Positions 27,141 to 35,230 of a DNA stretch of 35,230 nt are shown one piece after another. The notes beneath the pieces were generated by a model that searched no databases, was not told the origin of the DNA, and saw only the letters and a list, made by a program, of their open reading frames with translations. This DNA is from a bacterium (GTDB lineage Bacteria; Zhuqueibacterota; Zhuqueibacteria; Oceanimicrobiales; Oceanimicrobiaceae). The stretch is taken from assembly GCA_046757525.1 (NCBI GenBank), contig JBHHYI010000025.1, forward strand, positions 1 through 35,230. The letters run 5' to 3'. Both the position numbers and the translations under genes were made by a program. The stretch's first letter is position 1. The number at the start of each line of letters is the position of its first letter.

Positions 27141-30002
27141 TCAGTAATCAATTCCTATTGAGAAGAACGTACCGGGTCCACCCGAATTGATCGGAAAATC
27201 CCATCTCAGAAGAAACAGGCCACCCATATTGAGCCTGATTCCCAGGCCGTAGGCCGTTTTAATGTCGTTGAATTCGAAGTCGCTGTTGAACCAGGCATCG
27301 GCTGCATCAAAGAATGCAACCCCGGTGAGGAAGTCATATTGGATCGGTGCAAATGGGAATAATGGGAATCTGAATTCAGTGTTCTCATAAAATGCTCTGG
27401 TGCCAACGAGTTCGCCGAAGTCCACGCCACGAAAAGTAAGCGGGCCGCCGATTCTGAAAATCTGTTCATCAGATCCAAAACTGCCGCCGGTGACGAGGCG
27501 ATAGGCAATGGAATATCTTGGACGACTGATGGCGAAGTATTTTCGATAGTCTAATATGAGATTTGTAAAGCTCAGGTCGCCCACAGTTTGACTGGCAGTC
27601 AATTTTGCGCGGGTTCCGGAGATGGGTGCAGCGAGCCCCCAGAAGGCGGTATCGACCACCAGAGAAGAATTAAAGGTGGAGAAAAATGCGGTGCTGCCAC
27701 CCACATTTTGTAATTGACCGGTCAAGAAGTTCGCTGATACCACACTTTCTTCGAGAATGAAAAAATCCGTGCTGAACTCAACTCTGGAGAATCTGCTGAA
27801 CGGCCGAGCTGCTGCGATGGAAACGCCGCGATAAACCTGACTGACAAAATCGCTCGAGTTCTGTGCAGTAAAAAGACCAAAATCGTTCCTGAATTGGAAG
27901 GCTGTGACGGCCCAGTTCAGGCGACGCTTCTGATTCAAATAGGTAGCAATGATGGTCGACTCCAAAAGGTCGCCAAACAGTGCTGTCTGGATGATCAGGT
28001 TCCGGTCTCCGAGCATGTCGCTGAACAAGAACGCAGATTGGCCAGCGAAGCCAACATTAGAGGCAAATCCACCGCCACCAATAATCAGATCAGGCGAGAT
28101 TTTGGCGCTGTATTTGGTCAAGTTAAAGTCAGAACTGTCGGGCAACTCGTACTCGAGGTACTTATCGTTTGGATTCTCAAGCGGTTCAAGCACCTCTGTG
28201 ACCTGAGCGTCAACTCTTTGTTCTTCGTACTGGTCCATTAAGAAGATATTCCAGCCACCATCGGTGAAGGCGCTAAAGGCCAGGCGACCGGTATCCACGG
28301 CCAGACTTATGGCAGGACTTTGAGAAATAATGCCTGCAACTCCGGTGATAAAATTGGTGATTTGGTACACTGCGCCAGTTGCAACATCCTTTGAGTAGAT
28401 ATTGGGGATGCCAGTTATGTCAGAGATGAAGAGCAATCGGTCGCCGTTTTTTGTCCACACTGGATTTATCTGATCGCCTTCCGCATCGATAAACAGCTCT
28501 GATTTTTTGGTTTCTAAATCGTAAATGGCAATATTGTAATCACCGAAGATCATCTGGTCAACATGGGTGTTGGGACCGCGATCCGTGACATAAGCGATTT
28601 TCTTGCCATCTGGCGACCATTGCGGTTGTAAATAGGCGTATCGGTCTTTGGTCAAGCTGCGCAGGTTGGAGCCATTCTCATCGACAATATAAAGATCGGA
28701 CCTGCCGCCATCCAATCCTGTAAAAACCAAAAGATGCCCATCCGGAGACCAACTCGGCGCCGCCATGCCCGTCAGATTTCGGAAGATGAATCTCTTTACC
28801 ACTTTCCTCTTTTTGGCATCGACAATATAGATGGCGTCATTTTTGCCAGCCTTAGCCACAAACGAGAAGAATCTTCCATCTGGGGACCAATTCATCGAGG
28901 TGTCAAAATATCTTAAACTTTCGTAGCTCTGGCTGGTGCCACCTTCGACGATCTTATGAACCTTACCTTTGCCGTCCAGATCTTTCACGAATATATTCAG
29001 CAAGAAATCTTTGTCGCCAACGTAGGCTAATTCTGTTCCGTCCGGGGACAGGGACGGAACGATATTGATGTTGGTAAACTGGTTTGTCTTAAAGGTGACT
29101 TGCTGTGCAACCTCTGCTGGCTTCTTTAGCAACGTTTTTTCTGGCAAATAGCGCGAACGGGCATCTTCCTGCCAGCGCCGGGAGAGTTCAATGAGGTCTA
29201 GACCGGTGTGAGCCTTAAAAGCCCTGTTGATCTCCCCGGTCGCACGAGCGGTCTTAAAGATACGACCGACCACTTCCTTGCCATATCGTTCACCAACATA
29301 ATACCAAATCGCCTGTCCCATCCGATATACGCGGATGTCAAAAACCTGCGACATTTCCGGAAGAGTCAACAACATATTGTTCAGCACGGCGTCTCGCATC
29401 CACATGCGCGTGATGTTGTCCATGCCAACAGAGAGATATTCCGCCATACCCTCGGTAAACCAGAGCGGAGGATTGAATCTGCGCACGAGGTCAGCCGGGC
29501 TGTCGGCTAACAGAATCGAGAACTGAAAGGCGTGAACCATTTCGTGGGTTAACACATGCACAAATTGTGCGTAAGAGCCTGTAATCGGCAAAACCATTCT
29601 CCCCTTCAGCGATTCGGTGACGCCTTGCGTCCCCTCGCTGATATCACCTTGAATGGCGTTGGTTTGCTGAAAATCGTTGTGGGAAGCATAAAGCAACAGG
29701 GGAATTTTCTTCTTAAAACGATAATCAAGGATTTCGCTCAAATAGGCGTAGGATCTTTCTGCGATTTCGGCCGCATCCATCGCTGCTTCGCGCTCTTCAT
29801 CGTAGAAATAAAGATCGAAGTGCTCCGTCTTTATGGTGGACCAGTGAAAATTTTTATGGTGCACCTTGTTTTTGCCAAATCCGAAAAAATCGCCGAACTG
29901 GGCATAGGATTGGGAGGCCATCAGACTCGCGAGAATGATCAGAAAAGCCTTCAACTTGTGATGACGTATCCCCAAAAATCCCTTAGTATTATCTCCAAAC
30001 AT
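27141..30002 (-). CDS. Omp85-family protein with N-terminal zincin-like peptidase domain and TolB/PD40 beta-propeller
   Basis: FGKNKV, HEMVH (HExxH) plus PLWFTEGMAEY, repeated (W)SPDG motifs, and a C-terminal barrel with FRG, EFRFP and FSIGIDY. Confidence 0.85.
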   Translation of the reverse strand: MFGDNTKGFLGIRHHKLKAFLIILASLMASQSYAQFGDFFGFGKNKVHHKNFHWSTIKTEHFDLYFYDEEREAAMDAAEIAERSYAYLSEILDYRFKKKIPLLLYASHNDFQQTNAIQGDISEGTQGVTESLKGRMVLPITGSYAQFVHVLTHEMVHAFQFSILLADSPADLVRRFNPPLWFTEGMAEYLSVGMDNITRMWMRDAVLNNMLLTLPEMSQVFDIRVYRMGQAIWYYVGERYGKEVVGRIFKTARATGEINRAFKAHTGLDLIELSRRWQEDARSRYLPEKTLLKKPAEVAQQVTFKTNQFTNINIVPSLSPDGTELAYVGDKDFLLNIFVKDLDGKGKVHKIVEGGTSQSYESLRYFDTSMNWSPDGRFFSFVAKAGKNDAIYIVDAKKRKVVKRFIFRNLTGMAAPSWSPDGHLLVFTGLDGGRSDLYIVDENGSNLRSLTKDRYAYLQPQWSPDGKKIAYVTDRGPNTHVDQMIFGDYNIAIYDLETKKSELFIDAEGDQINPVWTKNGDRLLFISDITGIPNIYSKDVATGAVYQITNFITGVAGIISQSPAISLAVDTGRLAFSAFTDGGWNIFLMDQYEEQRVDAQVTEVLEPLENPNDKYLEYELPDSSDFNLTKYSAKISPDLIIGGGGFASNVGFAGQSAFLFSDMLGDRNLIIQTALFGDLLESTIIATYLNQKRRLNWAVTAFQFRNDFGLFTAQNSSDFVSQVYRGVSIAAARPFSRFSRVEFSTDFFILEESVVSANFLTGQLQNVGGSTAFFSTFNSSLVVDTAFWGLAAPISGTRAKLTASQTVGDLSFTNLILDYRKYFAISRPRYSIAYRLVTGGSFGSDEQIFRIGGPLTFRGVDFGELVGTRAFYENTEFRFPLFPFAPIQYDFLTGVAFFDAADAWFNSDFEFNDIKTAYGLGIRLNMGGLFLLRWDFPINSGGPGTFFSIGIDY

Positions 30003-30309
30003 AATGAATTCCTCCAGAAACAGATTTAACGCTATAATTGTTAAGATAACAATTGGCGTAGCAAAATCAAAATCTTTTTTAAATGTTTTCTTTTATTTTA
30101 CGCACTTGGTAGCAAGATTAACTCTTAGGTTTCCACCATAATTGTTATACGTAAAATTCAGAAAAATATTCCTAATCAATAAACCAATTAAACATTGGGG
30201 ATATTTCCAGATATTGGTGCTCGTTGGATGGAGGTCGCTGGTGGAGTGCTGGGTCTTGGTATCGGCGAGATATAATGTTCCCTCCATGCCCTTTCTTCAT
30301 CTTGTTGGA

Positions 30310-30552
30310 TTAGGCCGCCTTGTGGTGAAATTTGAAAGTTTGATCGTTCAATTGGGGAAAAGGGGTATAACCCTTTGCCAATTGAACGGCTAAGGCCTCA
30401 TAGAAACTGATCGGCTTAGCGCTGCTTTCGACAATACTGAGTTGCAGTTGTCGTGAATTTTCTATGAGGTTTAGTTTGCTATTCCAGACGCGCACGTCAT
30501 TGTGAGACATCCTGGGATCCTCGGTGTCGACGTTGTTGAGATAACCATCCAT
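30310..30552 (-). CDS. Small hypothetical protein (80 aa), apparent paralogue of the neighbouring ORF
   Basis: ATG 3 nt after the upstream stop. Shares L..IE..R...SFxEA-x7-GY with 30556..30765. Confidence 0.55.
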   Translation of the reverse strand: MDGYLNNVDTEDPRMSHNDVRVWNSKLNLIENSRQLQLSIVESSAKPISFYEALAVQLAKGYTPFPQLNDQTFKFHHKAA

Positions 30553-30555
30553 TGA

Positions 30556-30765
30556 TTATGCCAGGGCCGGTTCGATTTTATCTTTTGCTAAATTGTAAGT
30601 GGATTTAAACGCTTCGGCATATCCTTCGGTGATCCAAAGCATAGCGGCCTCTTGAAAAGAGACCTGTTCCTGGCCGCGCTGCGTCAGAGTCATCCGGAAC
30701 TTTTCTATTTCCATTAACTGGAGTGCCATGTAGTCCGATTGATGATAGGTTTTGTCTCTCATCAT
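30556..30765 (-). CDS. Small hypothetical protein (69 aa), DUF4032-like helical motif
   Basis: SD-like GAGGGA before ATG 30765. QLMEIEKF...VSFQEAAMLWITEGYAEAF resembles the 'EIEKHKW...FEEAA.DW...YA..F' small-protein motif. Confidence 0.65.
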   Translation of the reverse strand: MMRDKTYHQSDYMALQLMEIEKFRMTLTQRGQEQVSFQEAAMLWITEGYAEAFKSTYNLAKDKIEPALA

Positions 30766-31117
30766 ATTTCCCTCGCTTATGTGAAAAGATGACTCTTTTT
30801 TATAGCAACGAATCGTTTTCTGACGATATTTCAGCAAATAATATACCAAAAAAATGCTTCACGAGTTATCAGTCATTGAAACCGTGCGTAGTTCTTAAGA
30901 AATTAGATATTTGTAGCTGCCGATTGGTGGAAAAATATCAGCGTACTATTTTAAGAGTTGTACGGATATGAACAGTTATTTATCGGTTTGAACCACAAAA
31001 GAATCAAGCAATTTGAAGAGAAAATAACTTATGGCAAGCCATGTTCGCGTGCAGTTTTGACATTGTAAACAGGATTTACAACGGATGGAGCTTTAGAGTA
31101 AATTGGATTGGCAGGAG

Positions 31118-32392
31118 TCACTGAGTCAAGGCCGGGGCATGCAGCACGTAGCCGCTTTTTTCCATCCGGTAGTGGCGCTTCAAGTTGGTTAGGCTGGCGG
31201 GCATGATGGAAGTGAAACCAAAACGGCGACGGATTTCGTCGATGGTGGATTCCAGCACCTCCCGGCGGGTGCGCTCGTTGAAAAGCTCTCCTTGCCAAGC
31301 TTTTCGCTCAATTCTTGAAACCACCAGACCTACGCGTCGCACCCGCAGCCGCCGAAAAGGCGTTTGATCCAAAAGCGTGTCAACCATCCTGTAAATCGCT
31401 TCGGTACTGTCCGTTGCTTCGGACAAACTGCGGGCTTTGAGGTAGCGCTTGTTGTCGGAATAGTCCACTTTGATGGTCACGGTCTGGCCCACCAAACCTT
31501 CTTCCCGCAGTTTTTTACCAATCCGTTCGGTGAGATATTGCAGCACCTCACGCACCAAATCCGCGTCGCTCACGTCCTCCTCAAATCCGGTTTCCCGACT
31601 GATCTGTTTGGGGATGATTTTGGGCTTGACTTCACTGGAGTCGATGCCGTTGGCCAGCTCCCAGAATTTTTGACCGTTGACCCCAAAAAGCTGGATGAGC
31701 AAAACTTTCGGAATGGCGGCCAACTGCCCGACGGTGAAAATGCCCAACTGGTGCAGCCGCTCTTTGGCCATGGGGCCCACGCCCGGCAGCTCTTCGACCG
31801 GCAAAGGATGGAGAAAATCCAATTCCTGGCCCGGTGGAACGCTGGTAACCCCGTTCGGTTTGTTGATGCCAGAAGCAATGCGCGCAATGAATTTGGCCGA
31901 CCCGATGCCGCAGGACACGGTGATGTGTACCGCCTGGTAAATTTTTTCCTGAATACGCCGGGCGATTTCTTCCGGGGTGAGTTTGTGCAGTTTCAGGGTG
32001 CCGGTCAGGTCTAAATAAGCGTCGTCCAGCGAAGTCATTTCAATGGCGGGTGTGAATTGATAGTAGATGTCTTGCAGCACCAGGGAAACCGCTTTGTAGT
32101 GTTCGAAATTTCCTTTTAGAAACGTGGCTTGCGGCACCAGGCGTTTGGCCTGACCAAGGGGCATGCCGGTACGCACGCCGACTTTGCGCGCCTCGTAGCT
32201 GGCCGTGTGCACCACGCCGCGCTGGTCCTCGGTACCACCCACGATGACCGGCTTACCTCGCAGCGGCGGGGCAAACCCCTGCTCCACCGAAGCAAAGAAG
32301 GCGTCGGCGTCGATGTGGAGGAGGGTGCGGATTTCGGGTTTGAGGGCTCGAGTTAAAAGCTCGAAGCTGGAAGACCACGGCTGCGACATCAT
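31118..32392 (-). CDS. dinB: Y-family DNA polymerase (DinB/Pol IV-like) with C-terminal extension
   Basis: HIDADAFFASVE, ASYEAR..GVRTGMP, SLDDAYLD, KPNG, LPGVG and little-finger QISRETGF. Tail contains QGELF and IDEIRRRFG. Confidence 0.93.
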   Translation of the reverse strand: MMSQPWSSSFELLTRALKPEIRTLLHIDADAFFASVEQGFAPPLRGKPVIVGGTEDQRGVVHTASYEARKVGVRTGMPLGQAKRLVPQATFLKGNFEHYKAVSLVLQDIYYQFTPAIEMTSLDDAYLDLTGTLKLHKLTPEEIARRIQEKIYQAVHITVSCGIGSAKFIARIASGINKPNGVTSVPPGQELDFLHPLPVEELPGVGPMAKERLHQLGIFTVGQLAAIPKVLLIQLFGVNGQKFWELANGIDSSEVKPKIIPKQISRETGFEEDVSDADLVREVLQYLTERIGKKLREEGLVGQTVTIKVDYSDNKRYLKARSLSEATDSTEAIYRMVDTLLDQTPFRRLRVRRVGLVVSRIERKAWQGELFNERTRREVLESTIDEIRRRFGFTSIMPASLTNLKRHYRMEKSGYVLHAPALTQ

Positions 32393-32476
32393 TACTTTTG
32401 ACCTTTGACATTTATAGAGTTGTATCCTAACTTCACAATGGGCTTGTGCAAAAAATCAGTTCTGCTACAACGACGA

Positions 32477-33275
32477 TCAATAGGATAGCCGGATTTGGTA
32501 TTTGAATATTTCCTCCAAAAATTCTTTCTTTTTCTCCGTGTCTTGCAATATGTCTATCAAATTGTATATTTTTCTGACTTGACCATCCATCTTAATTTGG
32601 TCAAGCACAGATTGCGTAAAGCAGCTTGCCAAATAGATCGTCTCACAACGAGGATTTTACTTAAAGCCTTGCCAAACGATTTTTTCGCTTCGCCATATCG
32701 CGTTTGGGCTCCAGCCTTGTCCATACTGCCTTTGATTTCAATGGCAACTTGTAGGATTTGTTGATTATCTCGTATCGCGACATCTGGTTCGGATGAAAAA
32801 ATAATTCTCCAATCATTTGTTAAACGAATTACACGCTGCTTTCTTTTTTTGCCTGCAATTGTTGTGGAAACCTCTTCGATTGATTTTTTTATTTTTTTTG
32901 TTCAACAAATTCCAACATTAACTGTTCAACTTGTTTGGCAGCTCCTGCACCAATGATATTTACCCAGGTCCCTTGAATTTCCGTCCCTAATTCAGCAAAA
33001 AGGACTTTGTCGGTTGACTGTTTTGAAAATGACTTTTCGTGTGTAATAACTTGGCTGAGAATACCATTTATGATTTTCGAAATGGCTAAAGGTTTTTCTT
33101 TTTGAGTCAGCCCTCGTCCAGACAAAATTTGTGAAAGCCCTTTCTGAGACAAGGCAGAGACATTTCGATAATAATCAATTAATTCATTTTGCGAAGTTAA
33201 AATGTCTGGATGGCAAAAGACTTGGTGTAAAGGGATGCCTAATTTTCTAATCTTCTCAAGTGCATTTTTCGAAAT
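32477..33275 (-). pseudogene. XcyI-like PD-(D/E)xK type II restriction endonuclease, 5'-truncated and frameshifted
   Basis: Reading across frameshifts at ~32890 (A tract) and ~32656 gives VFCHPDIL...YYRNVSALSQKG...QGTWVNIIG / IIFSSEPDVAI...AIEIKGSMDKAGAQTRYGEAKKSF / NPRCETIYLASCF...KYQIRLSY* (stop 32477-32479). Confidence 0.75.
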
Positions 33276-34295
33276 ATTTAATTTCTTTTGAGCCAAAGCG
33301 CTTAAGATTTCATCGATTGCGGGTAAATGAATCTCTTTACCTTTGTGTCTTTTTGATTCGATATGAGAACGCAATAACTTGTGCCGGATATCCCGCAATT
33401 CATCAAAATTTGCCACTGAAATGGTACACAATTCAAGAGAATAAGTTCGAGAATAATCATAGCGATTTAAATAAGGTGGAGACGTAATAACCCCTGTGAC
33501 TTTTCCCCAATATTCTTTTGGGAGGCAAGTCTCACGCGCATCACCCTCAAAAATCTTGACAGAGGCTTTTTCGTTTTTAAAGAGGAATTGTTCCTGCTGG
33601 CGCAGGTCTGCGACCATTTGAGTTAATTGTCTTCGGAGAACATTTTTTACCGGAGGAATGTTTTTCTTAACGAGTCTTAGAAACTGCCCATCTTTCGAGG
33701 TATAGCTGATCTGTTCCAGGATGCTGAGTAATCCAAGCATCAAAAAATCCCGACCTGGTGGGTCAAATTCTTGAATCGCTTCTTTGTAAAACAAAATCTC
33801 ATTTTGCACATTTTTTGGAAAAGCTTTTTCGATGATTCGAACATTTGGAAATTGCCCTTTTGGTTTGTTTTCTTTTTGAAAAGCTCTTCAACGTATTGCG
33901 ATAATATGGGCAAGTCCGGCCAATCTAACAATTTTATTTTCGCTACATACACGGCAATCGGGAGTATTTCTAAACCCACGGCAGGATATCCAAACTCCTT
34001 ACAGGCCAACAAAGTCGTTCCACAACCGGCAAAAGGATCCAGGACTATTTCTTCTTTCCCGACATCGAGTTCCTTAAGTAGTCGAAAAACTAAGTCACGC
34101 GAAAATCCTTCTTTAATTTTTTTCCAACAATTTTCGCTCTTTTGCTTGCTCGACTGAGAAAGTACCATGATATTGTTCTACTAAAAATTCAGTTTTTGTT
34201 GGGGAAGGTGATTTTTGTTCCCAAAAAGTTAGTTGTTCGATGTCACTAATGGAAAAGTCTTTTTTAGGAGTCAATTGATCGGAATACTTTTTCAT
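33276..34295 (-). pseudogene. Amino-(N4-C/N6-A) DNA methyltransferase, fragmented
   Basis: Three frames: 34113..34295, 33740..34168 (KEGFS, LDPFAGCGTT) and 33809 onward (ITSPPYLNRYDYSRTY). Frameshifts near 34115 and 33870; the C-terminal part is missing; AT-rich. Confidence 0.8.
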
Positions 34296-34429
34296 TTGAA
34301 TAAGCCTAAATTAATGTCCAGAAATCTCGAGCGAAGTTTTATTAATTTAATAAATATCCCTGTAATGTCAATTGAAAAGAGGGGGGTGACAATTTGTGCA
34401 AACCTTCGGAAAGTTAGCGAAACAAACTG

Positions 34430-34684
34430 CTACCCCTCCAAACACACCCGTGCCAACTGCCAGTTGAAATCCCCGGTGTCAAAAATCAACTCGAAGCAAT
34501 CCGGGCCGTGGGCCGTCACCGAAAAATGGTACTGCTGGCTAAGTCCTTCCTGCACCGACCAGGAGCCGTTGACCCGCGTGATTTTGTACACGGTCCCCTT
34601 CCACTTAAATCGCAAAGGGTGAAGTTTTCCCTGTTCAAAAAAAGTAATGACTTCGATGGGCTCGAAAATCTCTTCGTAGGCCAT
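34430..34684 (-). CDS. Small beta-rich protein, DUF6504/YqjX-like putative Y-polymerase accessory subunit
   Basis: EPIEVI...PLRFKWKGTVYKITRV...W...HFSV...FELIFD...WQL pattern. Lies between lexA and the Y-polymerase in the same orientation. Confidence 0.7.
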   Translation of the reverse strand: MAYEEIFEPIEVITFFEQGKLHPLRFKWKGTVYKITRVNGSWSVQEGLSQQYHFSVTAHGPDCFELIFDTGDFNWQLARVCLEG

Positions 34685-34711
34685 AGCTGCAACGCTCGTT
34701 TGTTAAGTTTT

Positions 34712-34918
34712 CACCGGAAAGACACAAAGGACACAAAGAGGAGTCAACCTAATAAACCCCGAAGAGCATCAAATCTGAGTCTATTTTAAATTCTTTCTGT
34801 CACATTAAAGTCTATCCGATTTTTCGTCAATTCGGTGTTTTCAGTGTACTTCGGAGTGCTTCAGTGTTTAATTTCTAAATCGAGTTTTTTTCTTTGTGCC
34901 CTTCGGTGCCTTGTGGTT
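34712..34918. repeat. Nested 9-10 bp-period hairpin repeats (CACAAAG.../CTTTGTG..., with an internal TTCGGTG/TTCAGTG arm)
   Basis: caccggaaagacacaaaggacacaaag (~34712-34738) is complementary to ctttgtgcccttcggtgccttgtggt (~34892-34917). The internal 34831-34874 resembles the right arm at 8084-8119. Confidence 0.65.
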
Positions 34919-34956
34919 CATTTTACCAGCCCTCCAATTTTGTAACAGTTCAGGCC

Positions 34957-35089
34957 GTAGATGGATCGTTCAGTATGTTTATGCTGAACGCACATTAAGT
35001 CGGGATATTTATCCCCATCGAGACTGCTGCGAGAACAGATGTTCCCTATTAATTTACGTTCAGGATAAATATCCTTAACGATCGCTATC
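34957..35089. repeat. REP/BIME-like cluster of three related palindromes
   Basis: GTAG-atggatCGTTCAGtatgtttatgCTGAACG (34957-34990), GGGATAtttATCCC (35002-35015) and an inverted copy CGTTcAGGATAaaTATCCTtAACGatcgctatc (35057-35089). Confidence 0.6.
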
Positions 35090-35110
35090 GGGTGAACTGT
35101 TACCCAATTT

Positions 35111-35230
35111 TCAATTCACCGATTCTCGAATCAGCGCCACCACCTTGCCCTGTACCGACCATTCTTCCTGAGGGCGGATATCTGGGTATTTGGGGTTCTC
35201 CGGCTTGAGGTATTTCTGATTGTCTTGAGC
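35111..35230 (-). CDS. lexA: LexA repressor, C-terminal end (S24 peptidase domain; 5' part outside window)
   Basis: Not in the ORF track. Manual translation gives ...AQDNQKYLKPENPKYPDIRPQEEWSVQGKVVALIRESVN*, the L-x-P-E-N-x-x-Y-x-x-I...GKVVALIR terminus of LexA/S24 proteins. UmuD-like cannot be excluded from 39 aa. Confidence 0.8.
   Translation of the reverse strand, partial: AQDNQKYLKPENPKYPDIRPQEEWSVQGKVVALIRESVN

Noticed and set aside
30093..30287. 64-aa minus-strand ORF as a third small gene
   Set aside because: Runs into AT-rich promoter-like DNA, with no motif and no similarity to the neighbouring pair.
32889..33809. Functional novel MTase-endonuclease fusion protein
   Set aside because: Lacks the SAM-binding motif in frame, the MTase C-terminal part and the nuclease catalytic PD...EIK segment. 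Better explained as a deletion product.
1..35230. tRNA, rRNA, tmRNA, RNase P, riboswitches, transposases or integrases
   Set aside because: No recognisable signatures found by eye; a covariance-model search was not possible.

Overview
Bacterial chromosomal window from a diderm. Gene content and order suggest an FCB-related lineage such as KSB1/Calditrichota, which is inference only. Left end (minus strand): an ArsR-rhodanese regulator, an MMPL/RND transporter and a LolA-like lipoprotein-sorting gene. Between them sits a ~1.3 kb cassette, flanked by two copies of the transporter's 3' end, carrying an arsenite-methyltransferase-like gene (arsM) and an unannotated 43-codon desulforedoxin-like ORF. 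That ORF has an in-frame TGA exactly at an iron-ligand Cys position (CxxU) followed by a hairpin, making it a candidate selenoprotein and the most interesting signal here. Next come Nudix, patatin, alpha/beta hydrolase, uvrA and ggt. The plus-strand envelope cluster is uppS-tamB-like-bamA-skp-fabZ-lipoate ligase-barrel-dxr-rseP, with no lpxD/lpxC/lpxA. Right end (minus strand): lexA (partial), a small YqjX/DUF6504-like gene, a decayed type II R-M cassette, a Y-family polymerase, two small tandem paralogues, a peptidase/propeller/Omp85 protein and a lytic transglycosylase. Several REP-like and 9-10 bp-period hairpin repeats lie in intergenic spaces.
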